A DNA stretch of 64,000 bases from Acidimicrobiia bacterium (GCA_965200835.1 OZ241390.1:2256297-2320296), one strand, 5' to 3'; counted from the stretch's first letter, positions 10,720 to 20,867 are shown. Notes: a model not told the origin generated them from the sequence alone. A program made the numbers and translations.

Positions 10720-12352
10720 GCAGGCGGAGGGCGACCTCCCGTGCCTCATCCAGATCCTTGACGAACCGGTCCTCCGGGATCCTACGTAGCACGTCGAATG
10801 CTTGGAGGCTGCTGGCTGCCGATCCTTCCACGCCCATCACGATGCACTCGGTGTCCTCGGCGTAAGCGGTGTCGATCAGGCGTTCCACCACCAGGGTGGC
10901 GCTCCCGTCCATATATGCGGTCTGGGAGAAGTCGAGGATCACCACCTCGTGATCCCGCACGTCGACGCTGATGGTGTTGATCATCCGCTTGGCCGACGCC
11001 ACGGTGAAACTGCCCCGGAGCGACACCATGCCCACCCGCGCCGAGAAAGGATCCACATCGTCGTCCAGATCGACTCCCAGGAAGGTCATGTCGAGCAGCG
11101 GGACCGAGATCACGCTGTCCAGTTCCAGCCTTTCGAACTGGCGAGCGCTGGCCATGGCCGAGGCGATCAGGCCGATGGCCACCGCCACTACCAGGTCCAC
11201 GAACACCGTGAACCCGAGGGTGAGCGTCATGACCACGAACTGCTCGCGCTGGATGTGCCGGAACCGGGTCAGGAAGCGCCAGTCGAGGATGTCGAATCCG
11301 ACCTTGGTCAGGATTCCCGCTAGCACCGCATGAGGGATTCGGTCCACGTACTGGCCGACACCCAGAACCAGCGCCAGTATGACCAGCGCGCACAGGATTC
11401 CCGACACCCGAGTCCGCCCTCCGGCCCTGATGTTCGCCACCGTGCCGCTGGTGGCGCCAGCGCCGGGGATCGCTCCGATCAGACCGGCGAGCACGTTACC
11501 GATCCCCACCCCGACCAGCTCACGATTCGGTTCGTGCTGTGTACCGGTCATCGAGTCGGCCACCAGCGCGGTCAGCAAGCTGTTGATCGAGCCGATCAGG
11601 GCGATCGTCACGGCCGGTATCAGGGCACCCCCAAGGGTGGACAGCGAGAGTTCGGGAAGATGGATCTGGGGGAGGCCGGTGGGAACCTCGCCGATCACCG
11701 GAGCGTCGCGCAGCCAGAGGATGCCCAGCAGGGTTCCGACGATCAGCGCAGCCACAGTGGGCGGCAGGACCTTCCGGAGTCTGTTCGGCCAGAAGATGCA
11801 GACCACTACCGTAATGGCAGCCAGCAGTAGCGCCTCGAAGTCGATGCTCGTGAAGACCTCCGGCCACTTACGAACGGCCGCGAGCGGTCCGCCCAGCGCA
11901 ACCGGGGTCCCGAGCAGGGGCAGGCTCTGGACCAGGATGATGATGGCGCCCACCCCGCTGGTGAATCCCGATATCACCGAGTGGGGCGTGTAAGCGACGA
12001 AGCTACCCAAACGCAACGTGCCGAGGAGGATCTGGATGACCCCGGCCAGCGCGGCGATCGTGAGAGCCTCTGCCAAGCTGTCCGCATAGCTGGTCACCAC
12101 CACCGACATGGCAACCGCCAGTGGCGCGGTAGGGCCGGAGATCTGGGTGCTGGTCCCACCGAACACGGCCGCGAAGAACCCGACCGCCACCGCCCCGTAC
12201 AGACCGGCTATCGCTCCTAGGCCGGATGCCACGCCGAAGGCCACCGATAGGGGCAGGGCGACCACCGCCGCGGTCAGACCTCCGAACGTATCCTCCCGGA
12301 GGGTCTGGAGACCGTAATTCACTACCAGGCTTACCTTACCCGCTAGGTTCAC
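10712..12352 (-). CDS. SulP-family sulfate/anion permease with a C-terminal STAS domain
   Basis: 546 aa. N-terminal 'GLTAAVVALPLSVAFGVASG' SulP signature and a C-terminal STAS-like region. Confidence 0.85.
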   Translation of the reverse strand: MNLAGKVSLVVNYGLQTLREDTFGGLTAAVVALPLSVAFGVASGLGAIAGLYGAVAVGFFAAVFGGTSTQISGPTAPLAVAMSVVVTSYADSLAEALTIAALAGVIQILLGTLRLGSFVAYTPHSVISGFTSGVGAIIILVQSLPLLGTPVALGGPLAAVRKWPEVFTSIDFEALLLAAITVVVCIFWPNRLRKVLPPTVAALIVGTLLGILWLRDAPVIGEVPTGLPQIHLPELSLSTLGGALIPAVTIALIGSINSLLTALVADSMTGTQHEPNRELVGVGIGNVLAGLIGAIPGAGATSGTVANIRAGGRTRVSGILCALVILALVLGVGQYVDRIPHAVLAGILTKVGFDILDWRFLTRFRHIQREQFVVMTLTLGFTVFVDLVVAVAIGLIASAMASARQFERLELDSVISVPLLDMTFLGVDLDDDVDPFSARVGMVSLRGSFTVASAKRMINTISVDVRDHEVVILDFSQTAYMDGSATLVVERLIDTAYAEDTECIVMGVEGSAASSLQAFDVLRRIPEDRFVKDLDEAREVALRLLS

Positions 12353-12428
12353 GGCTCCCGGGCAATCGCGGTGCTCGGCGGCGGGCAGTTGCCGGTTGGC
12401 GGGAGGGCGATGTTAGATTCCTGACCGC

Positions 12429-13568
12429 ATGGCTCATCCTGCTCCTGACCGCCAGCTGGCTATCGATTATCTCTCGGGGCTGCGTGACGACTCCCCTCTG
12501 TTCGAACATGCGCGCCGGCTCAGGGACGAGGGGCGGGGCCGCACCATCACTTTCAGCCCCAAGGTGTTCATCCCGCTGACCACCATGTGCCGGGACACCT
12601 GCACCTACTGCACCTTCGCCAAGCCACCGGGCGCCGGAGGGGAGTATCTGACTCCTGATGATGTGCTGGCCATCGCCGGCGCGGGGGATGCCGCTGGATG
12701 CAGCGAGGCCCTGTTCACCCTGGGGGACCGGCCGGAGGCGCGCTGGCCCCAGGCCCGGTCGTTCCTGGCGTCGCAGGGCCACACTTCGACCATCGGGTAC
12801 TTGACAGCTATGAGCGAGTCGGTGGTCGAGTCCACCTGGCTGTTCCCCCACGCCAATCCCGGTTACATGACCGCCGCCGAGATGGCTGCTCTCCGTCCCA
12901 GCAACGTCTCGATGGGGATGATGCTGGAGAACATCTCGCCCCGGCTGATGGAACCCGGCATGCCCCACTACCAGTGCCCCGACAAGGACCCGGCCTGGCG
13001 AATGGCCACCATCGAGGCGGCCGGGATGCTACGGATCCCCTTCACGACCGGCATCCTGGTGGGCATCGGCGAGACCATCCCCGAAATCGTGGACAGCCTG
13101 CTGGCGCTGGCCGAGGTGCAGGCTCGCATGGGACACATCCAGGAGGTGATCGTCCAGAACTTCCGAGCCAAGGCCGATACCCGCATGCGACGCTCGGCCG
13201 AGCCGATCCCCACCTGGTTCGCTCGGGTGGTGGCGGTGGCCCGCTGGATTCTCGGACCGGAGATGAACCTCCAGGTACCGCCCAATCTGACCGAGCGGTA
13301 CGAGATCTACCTCGAGGCCGGTATCAACGACTGGGGTGGGGTGTCGCCGCTCACCATCGACTGGGTCAACCCCGAGGCCCCCTGGCCCCATCTCGCCGAA
13401 TTGCGTCACCGGACCGAGGCGCAGGGTTTCGAGCTGGTACCCCGCTTGCCGGTATATCCCGAGTACCTGGACGAGAGCTGGATAGATTCCGGATTGCTAG
13501 GCCGGGCGCGCGCTGCCGCGGATGACCGAGGGTACGCTATACGACTCCAGAAGGAAGGTGTCAGATGA
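12429..13568 (+). CDS. cofG: FO synthase subunit 1 (7,8-didemethyl-8-hydroxy-5-deazariboflavin synthase CofG, radical SAM)
   Basis: 'CRDTCTYCTF' CxxxCxxC radical-SAM motif. CofG-like length and C-terminus. Confidence 0.8.
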   Translation: MAHPAPDRQLAIDYLSGLRDDSPLFEHARRLRDEGRGRTITFSPKVFIPLTTMCRDTCTYCTFAKPPGAGGEYLTPDDVLAIAGAGDAAGCSEALFTLGDRPEARWPQARSFLASQGHTSTIGYLTAMSESVVESTWLFPHANPGYMTAAEMAALRPSNVSMGMMLENISPRLMEPGMPHYQCPDKDPAWRMATIEAAGMLRIPFTTGILVGIGETIPEIVDSLLALAEVQARMGHIQEVIVQNFRAKADTRMRRSAEPIPTWFARVVAVARWILGPEMNLQVPPNLTERYEIYLEAGINDWGGVSPLTIDWVNPEAPWPHLAELRHRTEAQGFELVPRLPVYPEYLDESWIDSGLLGRARAAADDRGYAIRLQKEGVR

Positions 13569-15454
13569 CCGGAAGTGCGATCAGGGACCTGACCTTCCTC
13601 AGGGTGCGTCCAGCCACCCAGGTCACCGAGGTGACCGCCTCCAGCCGGAGGGCGGAAGGAACTACCAGTCTGGAGCTGAACCGGTCGGAGGGCGAGTCGG
13701 TGTCCGCCTGCTTGGCAGGAGGGGTCCTTCCGGTGGCCTCCCGGCAGACCACCGATGGGTTCGTGGGCTGGGTGGTGGATCCCGAAGATGCGCTGGAGCT
13801 GTCCAGCCAGGGGATTCCGGGATGGCGCCTGTCGGTGAGGCACACCGGCGATCGGGCGGCGGTGATCGACGCGCTGGCCCGTACCGAGGCAGCCTTCCTG
13901 CGCACCGGGCGGAGCCGGGTGATCGAAGCCGCCGACATCTGCGGGCTACCGGCCATCCGGGCCAGGGTCTCGGTGTTTGTGGACTCGGTGGAAGGCGCGC
14001 TGGCTGCTACCAGGGCCGGAGCCCACGATCTGCTGCTGCGTGACTGGGACTCGGAGCAGATCGGTGAGCTACGCGACGCGGTCGGGGGTCGCCTGGCTGA
14101 GCGGGTGGCGATACCCCCGGGAGTAGAACTCGACGAAGTCCGCGAGTCGCTGTCGCCTGCCCAGCTGAGGGCCTACCTGGACCTGATCGATGCGGGCGGA
14201 TATGCGCGACCCCGTTACACCTGGGCTCCCGGAATGCCGATCGAACCACCCCTGAACGTCCATCGGTTCTCGGCTGCCTGGCCGGACGCCATGTGGACCG
14301 TGGCCAGGATGCCTGCCATTGCGGCCGCCAGCCGGCCGGTACGGGAGGTGCTGGAGTCCTCCCTGGCAGGAGTCCCTCCCACGGTGAGCCAGACCGCCCT
14401 GCTGCTCGGGGCGCGGGGCGACGACGTGGACGCCATAGCGGCCGCCGCGGACGAGCTTCGTAGGCAACGGGTGGGCGATACCGTGACCTATGTGGTCAAC
14501 CGCAACATCAACTACACCAACGTCTGCTACTTCCGGTGCGGGTTCTGTGCTTTTTCGAAGGGCCCGCGGAGCCTCAACCTGCGAGGTGATCCCTACCTGA
14601 TGACAGTCAACGAGGTGGTCGAACGCACCACCGAGGCCGCCGCCCGAGGTGCCACCGAGGTGTGCCTCCAGGGAGGTATCCACCCGCGGTTCACCGGACA
14701 GTTCTACGTGGATGTGCTCTCCTCCATCAAGGAGGCGGTCCCCGACATACACGTCCATGGGTTTACCCCGCTGGAGGTGTGGCAGGGCGCCGATACCCTG
14801 GGGATGACGATCAGGTCGTTTCTCGAGATGCTCAAGGAGGCCGGCCTCGGAACCCTGCCCGGAACGGCCGCCGAGATACTCGACGACCGGGTTCGCAAGC
14901 ACCTGTGTCCGGACAAGATCCGGACCTCCCAGTGGGCAGAGGTCATGCTGGAGGCCCATCGACTGGGCCTGAGATCGACCTCGACCATCATGTTCGGGCA
15001 TATCGATGATCCGAGGTCCTGGGCCAATCATCTGGAGGTCCTCCGCAAGATCCAGCGCCGCACCGGTGGGTTCACCGAGCTGGTCCCCCTCCCGTTCGTC
15101 CACATGGCGGCTCCCATCTATCTGAGGGGCCGGGCCCGACCCGGGCCTACCTGGGACGAGGTGGTGCTGGTTCATGCCGTGGCCCGCCTAGCCCTGGACG
15201 GCTTGATTCCCAACATCCAGGCATCCTGGGTGAAGCTCGGCCTGGAGGGTGCCGCCCGGCTGCTCGAGGCCGGATGCAACGACTTCGGCGGCACCCTGAT
15301 GAACGAGACGATCTCCCGAGCGGCCGGCGCCTCCCACGGCCAAGAGATGGATCCAGCCGACTTCGAGAGGGCTATCTCCCGGATGGGTCGGGTGCCGCGC
15401 CGGAGATCCACCCTGTACGAGCTCATCGATGAGGTACCGCAACCCGTCCGTTAG
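13565..15454 (+). CDS. cofH: FO synthase subunit 2 (CofH, radical SAM) with an uncharacterised N-terminal extension of about 240 aa
   Basis: ATGA overlap with the cofG stop. The CofH core begins near residue 250 ('TYVVNRNINYTNVCYFRCGFCAF'). The N-terminal extension has high GC3 and is therefore coding. Confidence 0.8.
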   Translation: MTGSAIRDLTFLRVRPATQVTEVTASSRRAEGTTSLELNRSEGESVSACLAGGVLPVASRQTTDGFVGWVVDPEDALELSSQGIPGWRLSVRHTGDRAAVIDALARTEAAFLRTGRSRVIEAADICGLPAIRARVSVFVDSVEGALAATRAGAHDLLLRDWDSEQIGELRDAVGGRLAERVAIPPGVELDEVRESLSPAQLRAYLDLIDAGGYARPRYTWAPGMPIEPPLNVHRFSAAWPDAMWTVARMPAIAAASRPVREVLESSLAGVPPTVSQTALLLGARGDDVDAIAAAADELRRQRVGDTVTYVVNRNINYTNVCYFRCGFCAFSKGPRSLNLRGDPYLMTVNEVVERTTEAAARGATEVCLQGGIHPRFTGQFYVDVLSSIKEAVPDIHVHGFTPLEVWQGADTLGMTIRSFLEMLKEAGLGTLPGTAAEILDDRVRKHLCPDKIRTSQWAEVMLEAHRLGLRSTSTIMFGHIDDPRSWANHLEVLRKIQRRTGGFTELVPLPFVHMAAPIYLRGRARPGPTWDEVVLVHAVARLALDGLIPNIQASWVKLGLEGAARLLEAGCNDFGGTLMNETISRAAGASHGQEMDPADFERAISRMGRVPRRRSTLYELIDEVPQPVR

Positions 15455-15480
15455 ATCTCTGCGACTCTCTGCGTTAGAGC

Positions 15481-16173
15481 ATGCACATTGCGGTCGTCAC
15501 CCTGTTCCCTAGCTTCTTCGATGGGTCCCTGGCGGTGGGAACCCTGGCGAGAGGGGTGGCCTCGGGAGCGTTGCACGTCGAGCTGGTTGCCCTGCGCGAG
15601 TACGGGGTCGGAAACTACCGGCAGGTGGATGATGCCCCGTTCGGGGGAGGCGCCGGCATGGTGCTCATGCCCGGCCCGCTGACCAGGGCTTTGGAGGGGA
15701 GGGAAGACTCGCATCGGATCCTGCTCACCCCGGCCGGTCGCCGGCTGGACCAGGCCACGCTGGACCGCTGGGCAACTCTCGAGGCCCTCACCCTGGTGTG
15801 CGGTCGCTACGAAGGCGTGGACGAGCGCTTCGTGGAGGGGTCCATCGACGAGGAGATCTCGCTGGGCGACTTCGTGTTGTCCGGGGGCGAAGCAGCCGCC
15901 CTGGCGGTCATCGAAGGGGTGGCGCGCCTGCTACCCGGGGTGCTGGGCAACCCGAAGTCGGTAGAGAGCGAGTCCTTCCGAGACGGCCTCCTGGAAGAAC
16001 CGCAATACACCCGACCGGCGATCTTCCGCGACCGTCAGGTACCACCCGTTCTCCTGTCGGGCGACCATGCCCGGATCGCGGATTGGCGAAAGCAGCGCCG
16101 GATAGAGCGGACCCGGGCACGACGGCCTGATCTCCTCCAGCAGGATCCTCCGGAAGGGGGGTCCGGTCATTAG
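15481..16173 (+). CDS. trmD: tRNA (guanine37-N1)-methyltransferase
   Basis: 'MHIAVVTLFP' and the SPOUT-knot motifs 'VCGRYEGVDER' and 'GDFVLSGGE'. Confidence 0.9.
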   Translation: MHIAVVTLFPSFFDGSLAVGTLARGVASGALHVELVALREYGVGNYRQVDDAPFGGGAGMVLMPGPLTRALEGREDSHRILLTPAGRRLDQATLDRWATLEALTLVCGRYEGVDERFVEGSIDEEISLGDFVLSGGEAAALAVIEGVARLLPGVLGNPKSVESESFRDGLLEEPQYTRPAIFRDRQVPPVLLSGDHARIADWRKQRRIERTRARRPDLLQQDPPEGGSGH

Positions 16174-16295
16174 TAAAGGGCGCCGACCTGCGGTAGACTA
16201 GGGGTGGTCACGGGCCGCGGTCCCGTGGCGGTCCCCAGGAGCCCCGATCCAAACGGGTGCGCGGGCGACCGGGCTGGCGATGTTGAGGAGACCCC

Positions 16296-16637
16296 ATGAA
16301 TGACCTCCAGTATGTCGAGCGCGCCTACCTACGTGACGACATTCCAGACTTCCGGCCCGGCGACACGGTGAAGGTCCAGGTCCGGGTGGTGGAAGGCGGC
16401 CGCGAACGGATCCAGGTGTTCGAAGGAGTGGTCCTGGCCCGCGACGGTGGTGGCCTGTCGGAGACCTTCACGGTACGCAAGATAAGCTTCGGTATCGGCG
16501 TGGAGCGGGTATTCCCGGTGCACGCCCCCATAATTCAGCGGATCGAAGTAGCCCGGCGCGGTCGGGTGCGGGGCGCCAAGCTGTACTACCTGCGCGGCCG
16601 AGTGGGCAAGGCGGCCCGCATCAAGGAGCGACGCTAG
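16296..16637 (+). CDS. rplS: 50S ribosomal protein L19
   Basis: '[29 protein letters not shown]'. Confidence 0.9.
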   Translation: MNDLQYVERAYLRDDIPDFRPGDTVKVQVRVVEGGRERIQVFEGVVLARDGGGLSETFTVRKISFGIGVERVFPVHAPIIQRIEVARRGRVRGAKLYYLRGRVGKAARIKERR

Positions 16638-16642
16638 CTGCC

Positions 16643-17341
16643 ATGAGTCCGGCCGCCCGGGCACCGAGGGATGGTGTGGCGGTGGGAGAGCGAATGGAGG
16701 ACCATTCCACCGGATCGGATGACGACTGCGGATGCGCCGACGACCGCCGCCCGGGTAACGCTTCTCGTTTCTTTCGCGAGCTACCCAGTGTCTTGCTCGT
16801 GGCGCTGGTGATGGCGGTGCTGATCAAGACCTTCCTCATCCAGGCCTTCTTCATACCATCGCCGTCCATGATCCCGACCCTGGAGATCGATGACCGGGTA
16901 TTGGTCAGCAAGCTCGCTTACCGGTTCAACGGACCCCAGCAGGGTGATGTGATCGTGTTCGACTCGCCCTATTTCGACCCCGCACCGGCCCAGCCCCTCT
17001 GGGAGCGGATGGTCAGGAATGTTCTCGAAGCGGTGGGGATCCAAGCTGCCGGTACTGAGGACCTGATCAAACGGGTGATCGCTACTGGTGGTGACCGGGT
17101 GGAGATACGGGACAACCAGGTTTGGGTGAACGGGACGGTTCTCGAGGAGCCCTATCTACCCCTTGAGTACCGGATGGGGCAGCTGACCGCGTTGTACGTT
17201 CCGGCTGGCCATGTCTGGGTCATGGGTGACAACCGGGATCGCAGCCAGGACAGCCGATGGTTCGGTCCGGTCCCGATCGAGAGTGTGGTAGGCCGGGCGA
17301 TCGTCCGTATCTGGCCACCGACCCGCTGGGAGGGAATGTAG
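16643..17341 (+). CDS. lepB: signal peptidase I
   Basis: 'IPSPSMIPTL' with the catalytic Ser, and 'GDNRDRSQDSRWFGPVP' with the catalytic Lys. The start could alternatively be 16694. Confidence 0.85.
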   Translation: MSPAARAPRDGVAVGERMEDHSTGSDDDCGCADDRRPGNASRFFRELPSVLLVALVMAVLIKTFLIQAFFIPSPSMIPTLEIDDRVLVSKLAYRFNGPQQGDVIVFDSPYFDPAPAQPLWERMVRNVLEAVGIQAAGTEDLIKRVIATGGDRVEIRDNQVWVNGTVLEEPYLPLEYRMGQLTALYVPAGHVWVMGDNRDRSQDSRWFGPVPIESVVGRAIVRIWPPTRWEGM

Positions 17342-17432
17342 CCGACCCTCTGGACGTCCCGGCGCGCTCTGTCATAGCTACCCGTTACGGTGCCATCCGA
17401 GCAGACTGCTACACCGGGAAGGGGCACTTGGT

Positions 17433-17780
17433 ATGGCTCGCATGGGGATCGGCCACTATCGGGCACGGCTGGGATCTCTAGGGGAATGGGCGGCCGCCGG
17501 CTTCCTGGCTCGCAATGGAGTCCGGATCGTCCGCCGTAACGTCAAGGTCGGGCGGGGTGAGGTGGATATCGTGGCCGAGGAGGCCGGTGGGTTGTTGGCG
17601 GTCGAGGTCAAGTCGGGAGTGGCTTCCGAGGATGGCCATCCGCGCTGGAACTTCACCGACCGCAAGGCGGAGCAGGTGGCCGACCTGGCACGCCGCTTGG
17701 GGATCTATCGGGTCGATCTGGTCACCGTCGAGTTCCGGAGCGACGGGTTGAGGCTGGATTGGCATCCCCGGGTGGTCTAG
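17433..17780 (+). CDS. yraN: YraN-family (UPF0102) endonuclease-like protein
   Basis: 'GEWAAAGFLARNGVRIVRRNVKVGRGEVDIVA..LLAVEVK' restriction-endonuclease-like fold signature. Confidence 0.75.
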   Translation: MARMGIGHYRARLGSLGEWAAAGFLARNGVRIVRRNVKVGRGEVDIVAEEAGGLLAVEVKSGVASEDGHPRWNFTDRKAEQVADLARRLGIYRVDLVTVEFRSDGLRLDWHPRVV

Positions 17781-17810
17781 GAGAAGGTCGTTACCCGACT
17801 CTCCGGACGC

Positions 17811-18188
17811 TCACAGACGGCCGACCAGCTGGTCACGGGTCCCGCGCCGCCGGCGGCTGGGATGGCGGCCCGCTACCCGGCGCTGCTCCTTGTACCAGCA
17901 TCCATGGTGCCAGTGACGCCGAAGATCGGGCGCTTCCTCCGGGACCACGACCAGGTGGAACCTCCGCTCAGCTATCACGCCGTCGCATCCCGGGCACCGA
18001 TACGGTTTCCGGGCCGAGGTGGGCTGGACGTGGCGTACGCTCAGCCGCCCGTAAGTGCCCATATCACCAGGGCCGCCGTCACCAGGAACGTTCCCACCAC
18101 CAGGGCGAGATCGGCTGCGCGGGGTTCGTGCTTGCGGAACGGATTGAATCCCATGATCGGGATGGTTTATAGCAGGTCGCGAATACAA
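17811..18188 (-). CDS. Hypothetical small Cys/His-rich protein ('CPGCDG..HHGCW'), possibly a zinc ribbon. This may instead be an antisense artefact.
   Basis: The ORF shares codon boundaries with an equally long + strand ORF (17862..18230). Only the minus-strand product has a metal-binding-like motif. GC-position statistics are inconclusive. Confidence 0.25.
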   Translation of the reverse strand: MYSRPAINHPDHGIQSVPQARTPRSRSRPGGGNVPGDGGPGDMGTYGRLSVRHVQPTSARKPYRCPGCDGVIAERRFHLVVVPEEAPDLRRHWHHGCWYKEQRRVAGRHPSRRRRGTRDQLVGRL

Positions 18189-18242
18189 TGGTTAACGGCT
18201 CGGCGAGTCCGGCTGAGCGACAATATATAACCTGTCATAGTC

Positions 18243-19732
18243 ATGCCGTATATTGACCAGCATGTTTCATCAACCAACTCTGTGGCGCTGGTCGGCGTGA
18301 AGGCGCGTGCCGTCCGCGTAGAGGCTCATGTGGGAGGAGGAGAGAAAGGCCGGCTCAATGTGGTGGGCCTGCCCGACACCGCGGTGCGAGAGGCCAAAGA
18401 CCGGGTGCTGGCAGCCATGGCGGTGTCCGGTTACCGTTTCCCGCCCCGGTCGGTCACCGTCAACCTGGCGCTGGCCGACCTGCCCAAGTCGGGAAGCGCC
18501 TACGACCTACCCATCGCCCTATCCCTGCTGGCGGCTGCAGGGATAGGGCGATCGGTGCCTGCAACGTGGTAGCCCTCGGGGAGCTGGCGCTGGACGGCAG
18601 CCTTCGCCCGGCACCCGGAGGTCTGGGGGCGGCCGTCGTGGCCGCCGAAATGGGCATACCCTGCCTGCTTCCGCCCGTTTCCGCCACCGAGGCGAGCATC
18701 GTGGGCTCGGCCAATGTCCAGATGGTGGGTTCGCTGGCCACCGCCATCGCGGCCGCACTCGGCGAGGCCGACTTTCCGCCCCCACAAGTGCCCCGCGTTG
18801 CGGAGGTCGAGCGCGCAGACCTGGCTGAGGTCAGGGGCCAGCCGCTGGCCAAGCGGGCCCTCGAGGTGGCGGCGGCCGGCGGTCACCACATGTTCCTGTC
18901 CGGTCCTCCTGGATCAGGCAAGACCATGCTGGCCCGCTGCCTGCCCGGACTGCTGCCGGATCTGGACGAGCAGGCCGCGCTGGAGGTAGCGCAGGTATGG
19001 TCGACCGCAGGCCGGCCCCGCACCTCGCTGCTCAGGCCACCCATCCGATCACCGCACCACACGGCCACCACGCCGGCGATGGTCGGCGGCGGCTCGGGGT
19101 CACCGGTTCCCGGTGAGATCAGCCTGGCACATCGGGGAGTGCTGTTCCTCGATGAGCTGGGAGAGTTCCGCCCCCACCTGCTGGACGCGCTGCGCCAGCC
19201 CCTCGAGGAGGGCGAGGTCACCATCGCCCGGAAGGGTGTCTCGGTCACCTTCCCGGCCGCCGTGCAGCTGATGGCGGCCACCAATCCCTGCCCGTGTGGG
19301 TTCCTGGGCGACTACCGCCAGGGGTGTAATTGCAGCGCCCGGATGGTCCAGCGTTACCGCCGACGGCTGTCCGGGCCGTTGATGGATCGGTTCGACATCC
19401 GGGTGATGGTCGAGCAGGTGGACGTGGACGCCTTCATCGGACCGCCGGAGGAACCCAGCCAGCCGGTAGCCGAGCGGGTGGCGGCAGCTTGGCAGGCCCA
19501 GCACGCCCGAGGGCGCCGGAATCGGGACCTGGGCCGGAGCGAGCTGGACGCCCTGGAGATGGCCAACGGTGCCAAGAAGCTGGTCGAGGGTGCTCTCCGG
19601 CACGGCTCTCTGACGGGGAGGGGATTCGACCGGGTCCGGCGGCTGTCCCGCACGGTGGCCGACCTGGCCGGCTCGGCGGCTGTGGGAGAACCACACACGG
19701 CCGAGGCGCTGGTCCTGCGAGGGGTGATATGA
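18243..19732 (+). pseudogene. comM: Mg-chelatase-like AAA+ ATPase ComM/YifB, interrupted by a frameshift near 18,545-18,572
   Basis: The N-terminal 109 aa ('..NVVGLPDTAVREAKDRV..YDLPIALSLLAAAGIG') stop at a TAG at 18570-72. The remaining ~388 aa continue in the +1 frame from a GTG at 18566 ('LGELALDGSLRP..GPPGSGKT..'). Together they equal a normal ComM length (~497 aa). Confidence 0.75.
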
Positions 19733-20787
19733 GCCGGGAAGAGGACTGCCTGGTGAGGCTGGCGCACGTGGGCATGCACCCGGATCGGCTGCGGGGGTTG
19801 GTGGCCAAGGCGGGATCCGCCTGCCGTGTCCTCCGAGACATAGAGCGGGGGAGAGTGAAGTTGCCGGCGGCCGCCCGGGAGGCCGCCCGCATCCCGGCGC
19901 AGGAACGGCGCGAGGCTCTTCGCTCGGCAGGCATCGAGTTCGCGACCCGCGAGGACGAGGCCTATCCCGAAGTCCTCGGCGGCTTGCCTGATGCCCCGCT
20001 GTTCCTATTCCAGCGGGGCTCGGCCTTCCGAGGCATTGCGGTGGCCATCGTGGGTACCAGAACCTGTACGGTCTACGGGCGCCGCCTGGCCGAGAGTTAC
20101 GGGCGGGCGGTGTCGCGGGCGGGCTGGTCGGTGGTCAGCGGGCTGGCCAAGGGGATCGACGGCGCCGCCCACCGTGGTTCGCTGGAGGGGCCCAGCCCCG
20201 GTGTCGCGGTGCTCGGTTCGGGGGTGGACGTGTGGTATCCACGTAACCATCGGCGGCTCGGCGAGTCCTTGCTGGAGGCTGGCGGGACGGTGTGGAGCGA
20301 AGCTTCCCCAGGAGCGCGGCCTTTTGGCTGGCGGTTTCCTCCCCGCAACCGGATCATCTCGGGAGTCGCCGGCGCAGTGGTGGTGGTGGAAGCGGGAGCC
20401 AAGGGAGGTGCCCTGGTTACCGCTCGACTTGCCCTCGAGCAGGGTCGTGACATCTTCGCCACCCCCGGTGATGTCGGAAGGCAGAGTTCGATGGGCTGCA
20501 ACCAGCTCATCCGCGACGGCGCCTTCCCGGTGCTGGATGCCGAGGATCTGATGGAGTGCTTGAAGCTAGTCATGGGGACTCCTCCTCACGATCGGGAGAA
20601 AGCCACGGAGGCCGGGGACGCCCCTGTCGAAGGCCGCCCCATGACCGAGTTCCTGGCTGCTCTCGGAAGTGATCCCGTGGTGGCTATGGCGGAGCTCGGA
20701 CGAATGGTGGCAACCGGATCGGTCGTGATCGACGCCAGCGGGATGGTCCTGGCCGGAAACGGCTCAGCCGCTACCCTTGAAAGCTGA
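19728..20787 (+). CDS. dprA: DNA processing protein A (Smf)
   Basis: ATGA overlap with the comM stop. Rossmann-like core 'VAIVGTRTCTVYGRR..GLAKGIDGAAHRG'. The longer ORF from 19330 was rejected. Confidence 0.85.
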
Positions 20788-20867
20788 GCAAGCTGTGATG
20801 ATTTGGCTGGCCGACCGTGGCACCTTGGTGGGCTGTCGCCTGCGAGGGGTTTCGCTACCCTGCGGGC

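Noticed and set aside
19330-19727. Upstream extension of dprA overlapping comM in another frame
   Set aside because: The ATG at 19728 forms the classic ATGA coupling with the comM stop. The extension is Gly/Arg/Pro-rich with no homology.
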